This document shows, in pieces, positions 9,091 through 17,111 of a DNA stretch of 31,321 nt; position 1 is the first letter of the stretch; the number at the start of each line of letters is the position of its first letter. Origin of the DNA: a virus (lineage: Duplodnaviria; Caudoviricetes). The stretch lies in the IMG/VR virus record IMGVR_UViG_3300042465_006598, positions 1-31,321 of that record. The stretch is one strand, 5' to 3'. The translations under genes and the position numbers were made by a program. The notes beneath the pieces are model-generated. The model did no database searches and was not told where the DNA came from. It saw nothing but the letters and a program-made list of their open reading frames with translations.

Positions 9091-10204
9091 CTAGAGATAG
9101 CATATCTGAAAAAACCATCTTGTCAACTAAATTTTTAAAAGAAGTTTTTGGTTTCCATCCAAGCTCTTGACGAGCCTTGCTTGAATCACCAAGAAGAAGT
9201 TCTACTTCGGCGGGGCGATAAAATTTTTCATTGATAGCCATCAATACTCTTTGCGTTTCATTTTGCAAGAATGTTTCATTTAATCCCGATCCCGCCCAAT
9301 AACCTTGAATTCCAGCTGTTTCAAATGCGAGTTCAACAAATTCGCGGATTGTGTGCGTTTCATTTGAAGATAGCACGTATTCTTTTGGCTCTTCTTGATT
9401 AAGCATCAGCCAGATTCCTCCGACGAAATCTTCGGCATCGCTCCAGTCTCTTTGCGCATCAATATTTCCCAATTCAAGTGGATTAAATTGTTGATTATTA
9501 TCGAGGGCTTTTTTAATGCGAGCTACGGCTTTTGTTATTTTACGAGTAACAAATTCCTCTCCCCTACGAGTTCCTTCGTGATTAAAAAGCCAACCCTGAA
9601 TAGCGTAAAGATTATACGACTCTCTCCAAACTTTGACAAGCTGTCTTGATGCCGCTTTAGACGCTCCATATGGACTTCTTGGGCGCAATGGATGATTCTC
9701 ATCTTGAGGGGTATAAGATACGTCGCCAAACTCTTCTGAGGAGCCAGCTTGATAAAATCTACAGGTTGGGTGATAAAGTCTAATCGCTTCAAGAATATGA
9801 AGAGTGGAAGTTGAATTTGTTTCCCAAGTTTGATGAGCAAAATCCCAGCTGCTGCCCACAAAACTTTGAGCTGCTAAATTAATAAAATAGTCTGGTTTGA
9901 TCTTTTCAATGATTCTCGAAATTGAATGGCTGTCAGTAAGGTCGAAATTAATCAAATGAAAACGCTCATTATTGATATGAGAAATATTTTTATGATTATA
10001 AACACTAAGCCTACGAACGCATCCAAAAATTTCATAGTCCGTATTAGCTAAAAGATAATCGACCATGTGACTTCCGTCCTGTCCTGTCACTCCAGTAACA
10101 ATAATAGATTTTTTACCAATTGATTTTTTCGCTGCGTCTTCGATGTTTAAGATGTCCATGTGATCTATTTTTTTGCCTATATATTTTTCTTTAAGATTGT
10201 TCAT
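9077..10204 (-). CDS. gmd: GDP-mannose 4,6-dehydratase
   Basis: IVTGVTGQDGSH, NLAAQSFVGSSW, FYQAGSSEEFG, PRSPYGASK (YxxxK), LFNHEGTRRGEEFVTRKIT, LGNIDAQRDW, YRPAEVELLLGD. ATG at 10204 chosen; the track extends to 10231. Confidence 0.96.
   Translation of the reverse strand: MNNLKEKYIGKKIDHMDILNIEDAAKKSIGKKSIIVTGVTGQDGSHMVDYLLANTDYEIFGCVRRLSVYNHKNISHINNERFHLINFDLTDSHSISRIIEKIKPDYFINLAAQSFVGSSWDFAHQTWETNSTSTLHILEAIRLYHPTCRFYQAGSSEEFGDVSYTPQDENHPLRPRSPYGASKAASRQLVKVWRESYNLYAIQGWLFNHEGTRRGEEFVTRKITKAVARIKKALDNNQQFNPLELGNIDAQRDWSDAEDFVGGIWLMLNQEEPKEYVLSSNETHTIREFVELAFETAGIQGYWAGSGLNETFLQNETQRVLMAINEKFYRPAEVELLLGDSSKARQELGWKPKTSFKNLVDKMVFSDMLSLDGEE
9091..9126 (-). promoter_or_regulatory. Sigma70-type promoter embedded in the 3' end of gmd, predicted leaderless transcript
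   Basis: TTGACA (9126-9121)-N16-TATGCT-N8-ATG(9090). Confidence 0.72.
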
Positions 10205-11027
10205 GTTCGAAATATAATTTAAAATATTCAATCAATTGATTTGGATTGTATTCAAATCCTTTTAGATTTCGAATAATTATATCACATCCAACTATTATTT
10301 CAACATCTTTTGGAGTTCCTAGACAAAAATAATTTTTTGATTCAAAATGCTTCACAATCAAACCGTCATTAATCATCAAATTAAAAGGAAGAGTTACATA
10401 AAACTCATTATTAACTTTTATATCTTCTTCTATAAGTTTATTGAAGTATTTTTTTAGCATTGCGCCTGTTTTGAAATAGTAAATTCCGCTAGATGCAAAT
10501 TCATTTATTGGATCTTTAGTGAAGTGTTCTTTTTCCCTAATTTCAATTACATTATTGTTATTATCCACGTTCATATAGGCGAAGTAGCTATTATGAATTC
10601 TATGTGGATGCCAATTATTATGGGACGCTATTAATCCATCACAATTTTGCATTTCTGCGAATTCAGTAAATTTAGAGAAGTTCCAATTAATAAAAAGATC
10701 ACAATAACAAATTATGGCTTTTTGATTATCTGGAATTTTGTCAAAAATTTGCATAACAGAATATACTGGTCCTAAAAAATGATCATCAATTTCACAGATC
10801 TGGCATTTATTGAATTTTTCTTGTAGTATTTTATTGATTGAAAAATTTTCAACATCGCTTTTTTTTACTATAAAGATATAATCTTTATAGTCCTGCTCTT
10901 TTTCATAAATGGAGCTTACTGCTTTTTCAATAATAAGATTTTGATTTATTTTAATTAAAGGTTTGATTGTATATCCTTTCTCTAAAAATCTATTACTATG
11001 TCCAGCTAGTATTATTATTTTTTTCAT
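10191..11027 (-). CDS. Sugar-phosphate nucleotidyltransferase-like protein (NTP-transferase, GT-A fold)
   Basis: IILAGHSNRFLEKGYTIKPLIKI, ICYCD, IREKE, ASSGIYYF, NNEFYV, LGTPKD. Confidence 0.85.
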   Translation of the reverse strand: MKKIIILAGHSNRFLEKGYTIKPLIKINQNLIIEKAVSSIYEKEQDYKDYIFIVKKSDVENFSINKILQEKFNKCQICEIDDHFLGPVYSVMQIFDKIPDNQKAIICYCDLFINWNFSKFTEFAEMQNCDGLIASHNNWHPHRIHNSYFAYMNVDNNNNVIEIREKEHFTKDPINEFASSGIYYFKTGAMLKKYFNKLIEEDIKVNNEFYVTLPFNLMINDGLIVKHFESKNYFCLGTPKDVEIIVGCDIIIRNLKGFEYNPNQLIEYFKLYFEHEQS

Positions 11028-11627
11028 TTATCTATTTATTTTAAATTTTAAATCTTCTTGAATAATGGGTTTTATATCGTTTTTGCAGCAATGATGCATC
11101 AATAAAGTTTCTGGATGAAATACGCAGCCTTCATCAATATAATTTAAAATATTTAAATATAGTTCAGATATTTTATCATATGTTTTTGAATTACTATAAA
11201 AAAACTGATCACATATACCTCCAAAATTATATTCAGATGGAATTGCGATTTCATTATCATTTAAAAATTTAAAATCCACTTTATTTAAAAATTCTAAATC
11301 AGGTCTAAGCCTAGCCACAATATCAAATTTTGTATTTTTTTCATTTTCGTATTCTTTTTTTAATTGACCACATTTATATATCCTATAAAACATTTGCAAA
11401 ACATTATTCACGGAAGTTTCTGGTCTTTTTTGATTATTAAATTTGTCAATATAATCAGTAAATAATTTTTGCTCTTGAAAATATAAAGCCCTATTAATAT
11501 CTAAATCTATTTGCTCATCAAGCACGGCAAAAATTTTATTTGAACCATTTATTAAATTAAATTCAATATTTTGTTTTAATTTATCAAATGTTCTTTTATT
11601 TCCAGATATGCAAATAGCGATGTTCAT
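11028..11627 (-). CDS. Putative glycosyltransferase-like protein
   Basis: IAICISGNKR, QMFYRIYKC, FDIVARLRPD, ICDQFF, HPETLL pattern, typical of uncharacterised proteins in glycan clusters. Confidence 0.6.
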   Translation of the reverse strand: MNIAICISGNKRTFDKLKQNIEFNLINGSNKIFAVLDEQIDLDINRALYFQEQKLFTDYIDKFNNQKRPETSVNNVLQMFYRIYKCGQLKKEYENEKNTKFDIVARLRPDLEFLNKVDFKFLNDNEIAIPSEYNFGGICDQFFYSNSKTYDKISELYLNILNYIDEGCVFHPETLLMHHCCKNDIKPIIQEDLKFKINR

Positions 11628-12439
11628 ATTTTATAATATTTGTTTATTATTTCTGAATGGTCTCCTTCAAATTCGAATACACTGCATCCAAATATTGGCG
11701 TATTTTTATCTTTTTTCCATTCATTAAATAATTTTATTTTATCAGGAGCGTTATAAAATTTGCTTTTAAACGCCACTTGGTCTTCTGTTACATAACTGTA
11801 ATGGTCAAGTTTTATTTTCAATTTTAATGTTTCATATTTTGAAATAATCTTTTCATATTCATTAAAATACATGTTCGGCGGTTCATGGGATATCCATCTG
11901 CTTTGTTCATTGACTCTAAAAATTCTCATCCAAGGTATCAAATTTGCCCATACACCATCGGATCTTTCGTCAATACAGTGATTAAAATCACCCCAAAAAT
12001 GATTAGCAAAAAAATCAATCCTTGATGGACGTTCGCTATTTAATAGATTGATTATTTTATCAACGCTTTCATTTGAATAAAACTCATCAGCGTCAATTTG
12101 CCAGACATAATCTACATCACGAATCTCTTGTGAATTATCAAACCAATAGTTTAACATATTGGTTTTTCCATCCCAAAATCCATCAGCTTCTTTAAAGAAG
12201 AATTTCGGCTTGTCTTTAATATATTCTTTAATTACCGAACATGTATTATCGGTGGATTTGCCATCTACTGTAAATTCCGATGTGTCTCCGTCCCAGTAAT
12301 GATTTATTGCTTTTGTGGCTCCTTCTGTAATAAACACATAATCAGCTATGTTATTTGCTTGTTCAAGCCATGCGAGCAACATCTTATCGGGCAAATGTTT
12401 TTCGCCATTAAAAATTATTGTTTGTATTGCTATTTTCAT
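11624..12439 (-). CDS. Glycosyltransferase, GT-A fold (GT2-like)
   Basis: TIIFNGEKHL, ITEGAT, STDNT, YVWQIDADEFY (DxD), HYSYV. Confidence 0.82.
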   Translation of the reverse strand: MKIAIQTIIFNGEKHLPDKMLLAWLEQANNIADYVFITEGATKAINHYWDGDTSEFTVDGKSTDNTCSVIKEYIKDKPKFFFKEADGFWDGKTNMLNYWFDNSQEIRDVDYVWQIDADEFYSNESVDKIINLLNSERPSRIDFFANHFWGDFNHCIDERSDGVWANLIPWMRIFRVNEQSRWISHEPPNMYFNEYEKIISKYETLKLKIKLDHYSYVTEDQVAFKSKFYNAPDKIKLFNEWKKDKNTPIFGCSVFEFEGDHSEIINKYYKI

Positions 12440-13032
12440 TTTTCAAAAATGCAGTATCCATTTCTAACATATAAATTATCTACTATGACTTTGCGGGTTT
12501 TAAGCAAATCCTCTCTTGCCATAAAGTTTTTAATTGTTGGAGGTCTAGTATCATCAAGAAAGATAATTTTTGATCTATCTTTTAAGATTAAATATTCTTC
12601 CCAACTAGAGTATTCGCCACCATCTAAAATTAGAAAATCTATTTCTTCTGGAATTTGATCCAAAACATTTTTACAATTATTGATGTTTTTTAGGTCTTCG
12701 TTATACCATGATAGTTTTAAATTTTTATCATAATCAGTAAAAAACGAATCATGCAATGAGTCAAAATCTAATAGTTTTTCGCTGATATATCCATTAATAA
12801 TAGAAACTTCTTTTTTGTCTTGGTAAAAGTCGAAAGAAAGATCATACATTTCTTTCCACGTTTCCAGAGATATTAATCTTTTTTCTGTATTCTTAATAGA
12901 CTCGTAAACGCAAAATGTAGAACCTCTGCCATTCCACGTTCCTATTTCAACGATAGTTTTGACATCTTCTCTTTCGCATATATTTCTAATATCTATGCCA
13001 GCTTGATCATATAAATTTATTTGTCCTTGCAT
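12436..13032 (-). CDS. Class I SAM-dependent methyltransferase (sugar O-methyltransferase-like)
   Basis: IVEIGTWNGRGST motif I, IDFLILDGGE, IIFLDD. Confidence 0.8.
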   Translation of the reverse strand: MQGQINLYDQAGIDIRNICEREDVKTIVEIGTWNGRGSTFCVYESIKNTEKRLISLETWKEMYDLSFDFYQDKKEVSIINGYISEKLLDFDSLHDSFFTDYDKNLKLSWYNEDLKNINNCKNVLDQIPEEIDFLILDGGEYSSWEEYLILKDRSKIIFLDDTRPPTIKNFMAREDLLKTRKVIVDNLYVRNGYCIFEK

Positions 13033-13033
13033 A

Positions 13034-13408
13034 TTATTTATAGCTTTTTTGTTCTTTTATTGAAGAGTTGGTAATGTCGTTTATTTTGCTTTTTAACGAA
13101 AAACGATGATCGTTTACTTTGTAGACTTTTCTAGCTAGATCAACGAATTGAGCATTAAATTCATTTACTTTTTCCAGAATTCTCAACTCGTCTTCAATTG
13201 CCCACAAGTCTTTGTTCGTCAAATAAAGATCGTTATAAATTTTCTTAATGTTCTCGTCATTTAAAAATGATGAAGATTTTTCGTTTAAGATCTCGAACTC
13301 TTCTTCTACATACTTCAACTTTTTATCGTCAAAGATTTTTTCTTTTTTGATTTTTAAAATTGACAACTTATCTAAAAGTTCTCCAACGCTAATTTGTATT
13401 TCGAGCAT
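13034..13408 (-). CDS. DUF6165-like helical protein
   Basis: ISVGELLDKLSILKIK, LWAIEDELR, LARKVYKVNDHR, SSIKEQKSY, recalled as the DUF6165 pattern. Confidence 0.75.
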   Translation of the reverse strand: MLEIQISVGELLDKLSILKIKKEKIFDDKKLKYVEEEFEILNEKSSSFLNDENIKKIYNDLYLTNKDLWAIEDELRILEKVNEFNAQFVDLARKVYKVNDHRFSLKSKINDITNSSIKEQKSYK

Positions 13409-13409
13409 A

Positions 13410-14066
13410 TTAACTAATAATTTGATAGGTATTTAATCCTGTTGTATTATAAAATTCAGAACAATATTTTACATAATTATGATAATATAATTTGGGTTTA
13501 GTAAGTTTATATTGATTTATAAGACATTTTAGGCTCGATTCCATCACATGAATTTCTTCGGCATTCTCCAATAAAGAAATTAAATTAAATAAACTATATT
13601 CTTTTGGGTTATGAATAATTTTGATGTCTTGTCTTATTTTGCTCATGTCCAAATCTCCATGAATAAATATATAAGGTTCATTTTCTGGGTTTAAATCTTT
13701 CGAAATAAGAATCTCTTTCTCCATGTCTCTTTCTAAATAAAAATCATCAAATTTGGAAGAGAGGGGTAAATCCGCCATTTTATAGAATCCGATATCAAAA
13801 GATTCAGACGATTCGTTCATATACAAATTTTCGAATCCTATTTTTAACACATCAAAATTATTTTTTATTATAATTGAATTTGCTTCTTGATCTGAAGACA
13901 CAGGAATTGTGTTTAAATTTTTTAGATCTCTATACATGTATTTCACATTAGCCTCATTATAGCCATAACAAAATAAATCTACAGATCCGTATTTTTTATA
14001 CAAATTTCTTACTAGACCGTTACAGATAATATGATCTCCAATCCCCAAATGATGGTATATAATCAT
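13410..14066 (-). CDS. Putative glycosyltransferase, GT9/heptosyltransferase-like (short)
   Basis: HHLGIGDHIICNGLVR, PYIFIH, LLENAEEIHVMESS. Confidence 0.6.
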   Translation of the reverse strand: MIIYHHLGIGDHIICNGLVRNLYKKYGSVDLFCYGYNEANVKYMYRDLKNLNTIPVSSDQEANSIIIKNNFDVLKIGFENLYMNESSESFDIGFYKMADLPLSSKFDDFYLERDMEKEILISKDLNPENEPYIFIHGDLDMSKIRQDIKIIHNPKEYSLFNLISLLENAEEIHVMESSLKCLINQYKLTKPKLYYHNYVKYCSEFYNTTGLNTYQIIS

Positions 14067-14067
14067 T

Positions 14068-14613
14068 TTATGATTTTTTAATTTCTATGAAAAACGATGG
14101 ACATCCATCGTCAGCTATATATTTTATTTCTTGATTAAACTGTTCGCAAAAAAGATCAACAGCATATTTTACTTGATAGTGGTAATCGTGTCCCATGATT
14201 ATTCCGCCATTCTTTATTTTTTGATAAGAGTAGAATATGTCGTCATAAACTGCTTGAGCTGTATGATCTCCATCTATATAGATGACATCAAAAAAATCGT
14301 TTTCACAACTTTGCAAAAATGGAACTGAAGCAGATCTCACTAAATGTATATTATTGTAGTCTTTATATTTTTGATAAAGATTCAAATAAACTGTTTGCAT
14401 GTCTTCTATTTCGTAGTGATTCTCTCCGTCTTTATTTCCCGATCCATATTTCCCTAACCAGATGTCAACAAGATATAAATTTTTAGGGCTAACTTTTTCG
14501 AGAATTTCTTTTGCGAAATCGCCAACGAAAACGCCAATTTCTAAAAAGTTACAATTCTTGGGAACCAGTTCTAAGAGTTCAGATCTTGTATTGTAATGTG
14601 TTGTTTTGTTCAT
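14068..14613 (-). CDS. Class I SAM-dependent methyltransferase (Methyltransf_24-like)
   Basis: FLEIGVFVGDF, YLVDIW, FDVIYIDGDHT, GGIIMGHDY. ATG at 14613 lies just after the upstream stop codon. Confidence 0.85.
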   Translation of the reverse strand: MNKTTHYNTRSELLELVPKNCNFLEIGVFVGDFAKEILEKVSPKNLYLVDIWLGKYGSGNKDGENHYEIEDMQTVYLNLYQKYKDYNNIHLVRSASVPFLQSCENDFFDVIYIDGDHTAQAVYDDIFYSYQKIKNGGIIMGHDYHYQVKYAVDLFCEQFNQEIKYIADDGCPSFFIEIKKS

Positions 14614-14617
14614 TTTT

Positions 14618-15382
14618 TTATTTTTTAAAGTGTCTTGGATAAACATATCTGTTTAAATTATTTAATACGTCTCCCGAATAATCATTGGGGTAAAAAACGC
14701 AAACCGACTGAAAATCGCCGAAAGACAAATCTATTGATTCGTCGAATTCTGGATAGACATTATTTTTAATAGCTTCTATTGATAAAATAGATTGATCATT
14801 TCTGTGATACAGACAATCGGAATCGTCGCCATCTGGTTTATATGCGGATGGTAAAGGATAGCAGATATCGGTATCTAAACATAGATCGAGTATTTTTTTT
14901 ACAAATTGTTTGTTTTTGACCGTGTTCTTGTAAGCTTGAAAGCCAGCCCAAATTTGTGAATTATGTAAATAATTTCCACCATCAAGCTCTTCTATACATT
15001 TTTTCGTAGTCCAATCTTTTATTAGGAATTGACCGTCTTTATATCTTAATAACAAACAATCGTTTGAATAGAAATTAATTATATTCGATAAAGGTTTATT
15101 TATAAAATGAGTAGAGTCTGTGTATACAACATGCTCGTTTTCTAAAAAACTATCTAATATAGACCAATATTTATACGCAAATAAATAAGTGTCGTTAAGG
15201 TTTTTAATATTTTGCGGTATTCTTTTTATAGATATAAAATCTGGTATTTTAGAGTTAACCTCTTCACTGCCGAATACATAAATTGTGTATTTTATGCTAT
15301 TGTCGATTTCAAATGAGCTAGTTAAGCATTTGATAGCTTTGTCTAAAAATTTTTGATCGCAACATGTAATTAGATTGATCAT
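14618..15382 (-). CDS. Putative glycosyltransferase (GT-A-like)
   Basis: FAYKYWSI, VVYTDS, KDWTTK, QIWAG, HRNDQSILS motif. Confidence 0.65.
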   Translation of the reverse strand: MINLITCCDQKFLDKAIKCLTSSFEIDNSIKYTIYVFGSEEVNSKIPDFISIKRIPQNIKNLNDTYLFAYKYWSILDSFLENEHVVYTDSTHFINKPLSNIINFYSNDCLLLRYKDGQFLIKDWTTKKCIEELDGGNYLHNSQIWAGFQAYKNTVKNKQFVKKILDLCLDTDICYPLPSAYKPDGDDSDCLYHRNDQSILSIEAIKNNVYPEFDESIDLSFGDFQSVCVFYPNDYSGDVLNNLNRYVYPRHFKK

Positions 15383-16083
15383 TTATATTTATCTCTAATG
15401 CTGAATACTTCTTTAATAGCTCTATCGAGAGATACTGGATTTGTTGATATACCATTTGGATTCTCATAATATAAACCGATAGTTTCTTCTATTGGGGCTA
15501 TTTTACCACCGCCAGTTAGAACCCTAAACCACATGTCGTAATCTGCCGCAGAAAAATAAGAAGTATCAAATATTCCAAATCGCTCATGAACAGACTTCCT
15601 CCACATTGGAAGGCAATGAGGAGAATTGTGGCGCATCAAATTCTCTAAAGATCCATCGAGAGATTGATAAACTAAATTAGACCTACAGAATTCAAAAGTT
15701 TCGTTGGGAATTTTTGTAACCAATGTCGGTCCATAACAGACATCTATATCTGGATTTTTTTCTAAAAATGAAACTTGGCTAGACAGAGAGCTGATGCTTC
15801 TGCGATCATCCGTATTCCAATTTGTTAAAAGGTTGGAACTAGATAATTCTATGCCCTTGTTCCAAGCTTCATAGACAGAGCAGTATCCTAGCTTGTGATA
15901 CTTTATATTGCTAGATGGCAAAAACTTCTGAATGGTAGACAAGTCTGAGTCGTCTTCATTGCAATCTAAAAGAATGAATTCAGCTTCTGAAAAAATAGAT
16001 TGTCTCTTGATATCAAGAAACCAATCGAATAAAAATTCTTCAGATTTGTAAATAGAAGTAATGACTGAAACTCTATAGCTCAT
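15379..16083 (-). CDS. Glycosyltransferase family 2
   Basis: VSVITSIYKSEEFL, YEAWNKGIE, NWNTDD, MWRKSVHERFGIFD, AADYDMWFR. Confidence 0.9.
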   Translation of the reverse strand: MSYRVSVITSIYKSEEFLFDWFLDIKRQSIFSEAEFILLDCNEDDSDLSTIQKFLPSSNIKYHKLGYCSVYEAWNKGIELSSSNLLTNWNTDDRRSISSLSSQVSFLEKNPDIDVCYGPTLVTKIPNETFEFCRSNLVYQSLDGSLENLMRHNSPHCLPMWRKSVHERFGIFDTSYFSAADYDMWFRVLTGGGKIAPIEETIGLYYENPNGISTNPVSLDRAIKEVFSIRDKYK

Positions 16084-16103
16084 GCTTTATGCATGATTAT
16101 ATA

Positions 16104-17078
16104 TCACAGATCAACTTCTTCAACTTGAATTTCTACATTTTTTAGCTCTGGATTGTCTGCCAGTATTTCTTCATGTTCAACGAAAGAAGAATCGTCCCAA
16201 TCCCAATCTGTGCCGTCATCATCGCTTAGAAGAAATTCTTCCGATGCCATAGATGAAACGGGTTTATTGCTCCAGAATCGGCAGCTCCAGTAGCGAGCCT
16301 TCCAGCGAGGACCAACATTAGTATCGCACTGATGACGAGCGCGGAAATTTCTCCTACGATCAGGATCGTCTCTGCGAATTTCCATGTTTGGATCGCCGAA
16401 CTTAACCATCACAGTGTTTCCTTTGTCATTTTTAACATAGACACCAAATTTTTTATTAGAGCCAGATGGAAGACGAAATGGTTTGCCAAGAGTCTTTTTC
16501 TCAGCTTCGCTGTAATCAATATCAAAGATATCAATATTCCCCTCTTCTTCTAAATCCACGCTTGCTTTAAGAAGATCAATACGCGCCAAATCAAAATCAA
16601 TAGTATCAAATTCCCAAAAAATATCTTCAGGCTTTTGATCGTAATAAAGTTCTTCACCTGATGCTACATCTTGATCGGCAGCTCTGTAGGAATTTTTAAC
16701 TTTACCACCAGATTGCATTTTCAAAAACATATTAACGCGAGCCATTGCCCAGCTATTTCTATTCTGACCAGGTCTGTGAGATGAAGAGAACGCACCTAAA
16801 CCACGACGATATACTTTCTTTAACTGAGAAAGCGTCACTTTCTTACCAGATTTTTCGTTATGATTTTTAACCTTTTCTTTTAAAGAATTAATAATCTTTT
16901 CAGAGAATGCAATTTTCGCACCATCTTTAGACGCTGAACCTGCTGGATTCTTATCTGATCCTCTTCTGCGCTCAGACGGTTTAGCGGGGGTTTGCGCCCC
17001 GCTTTTAGGTCCAGATCTTTTCGCCGCTTCTGAATTTTCGAAGAGGTCTTTAATTTGAAGAGAGAAATCTAATTCCAT
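16104..17078 (-). CDS. Modular phage protein with two basic domains separated by acidic spacers (probable internal head protein)
   Basis: Domain 1 LKKVYRRGLGAFSSSHRPG...WAMARVN (DUF5824-like); domain 2 KKFGVYVKN...VKFGDPNM...RRRNFRARHQC...ARYWSCRFW; both are small basic modules recurrent in large viruses. Confidence 0.6.
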   Translation of the reverse strand: MELDFSLQIKDLFENSEAAKRSGPKSGAQTPAKPSERRRGSDKNPAGSASKDGAKIAFSEKIINSLKEKVKNHNEKSGKKVTLSQLKKVYRRGLGAFSSSHRPGQNRNSWAMARVNMFLKMQSGGKVKNSYRAADQDVASGEELYYDQKPEDIFWEFDTIDFDLARIDLLKASVDLEEEGNIDIFDIDYSEAEKKTLGKPFRLPSGSNKKFGVYVKNDKGNTVMVKFGDPNMEIRRDDPDRRRNFRARHQCDTNVGPRWKARYWSCRFWSNKPVSSMASEEFLLSDDDGTDWDWDDSSFVEHEEILADNPELKNVEIQVEEVDL

Positions 17079-17093
17079 ACAAATATGTTACAC
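17079..17093 (-). promoter_or_regulatory. GTGTAA motif, candidate phage-specific promoter
   Basis: aaaaGTGTAAcatatttgtATG; similar to gGTGTAAccatattagcaATG upstream of nrdB. Confidence 0.4.
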
Positions 17094-17111
17094 TTTTTTT
17101 TATTAAAAAAA

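Noticed and set aside
16096-16123. TTGAAG-N16-TATAAT upstream of the GT2 gene
   Set aside because: Possible promoter, but the -35 is mismatched, lies in coding sequence and does not fit the 36-nt geometry; too weak to call.
17094-17111. Intrinsic terminator after nrdA
   Set aside because: Only an A/T inverted run with no GC stem; not supportable.
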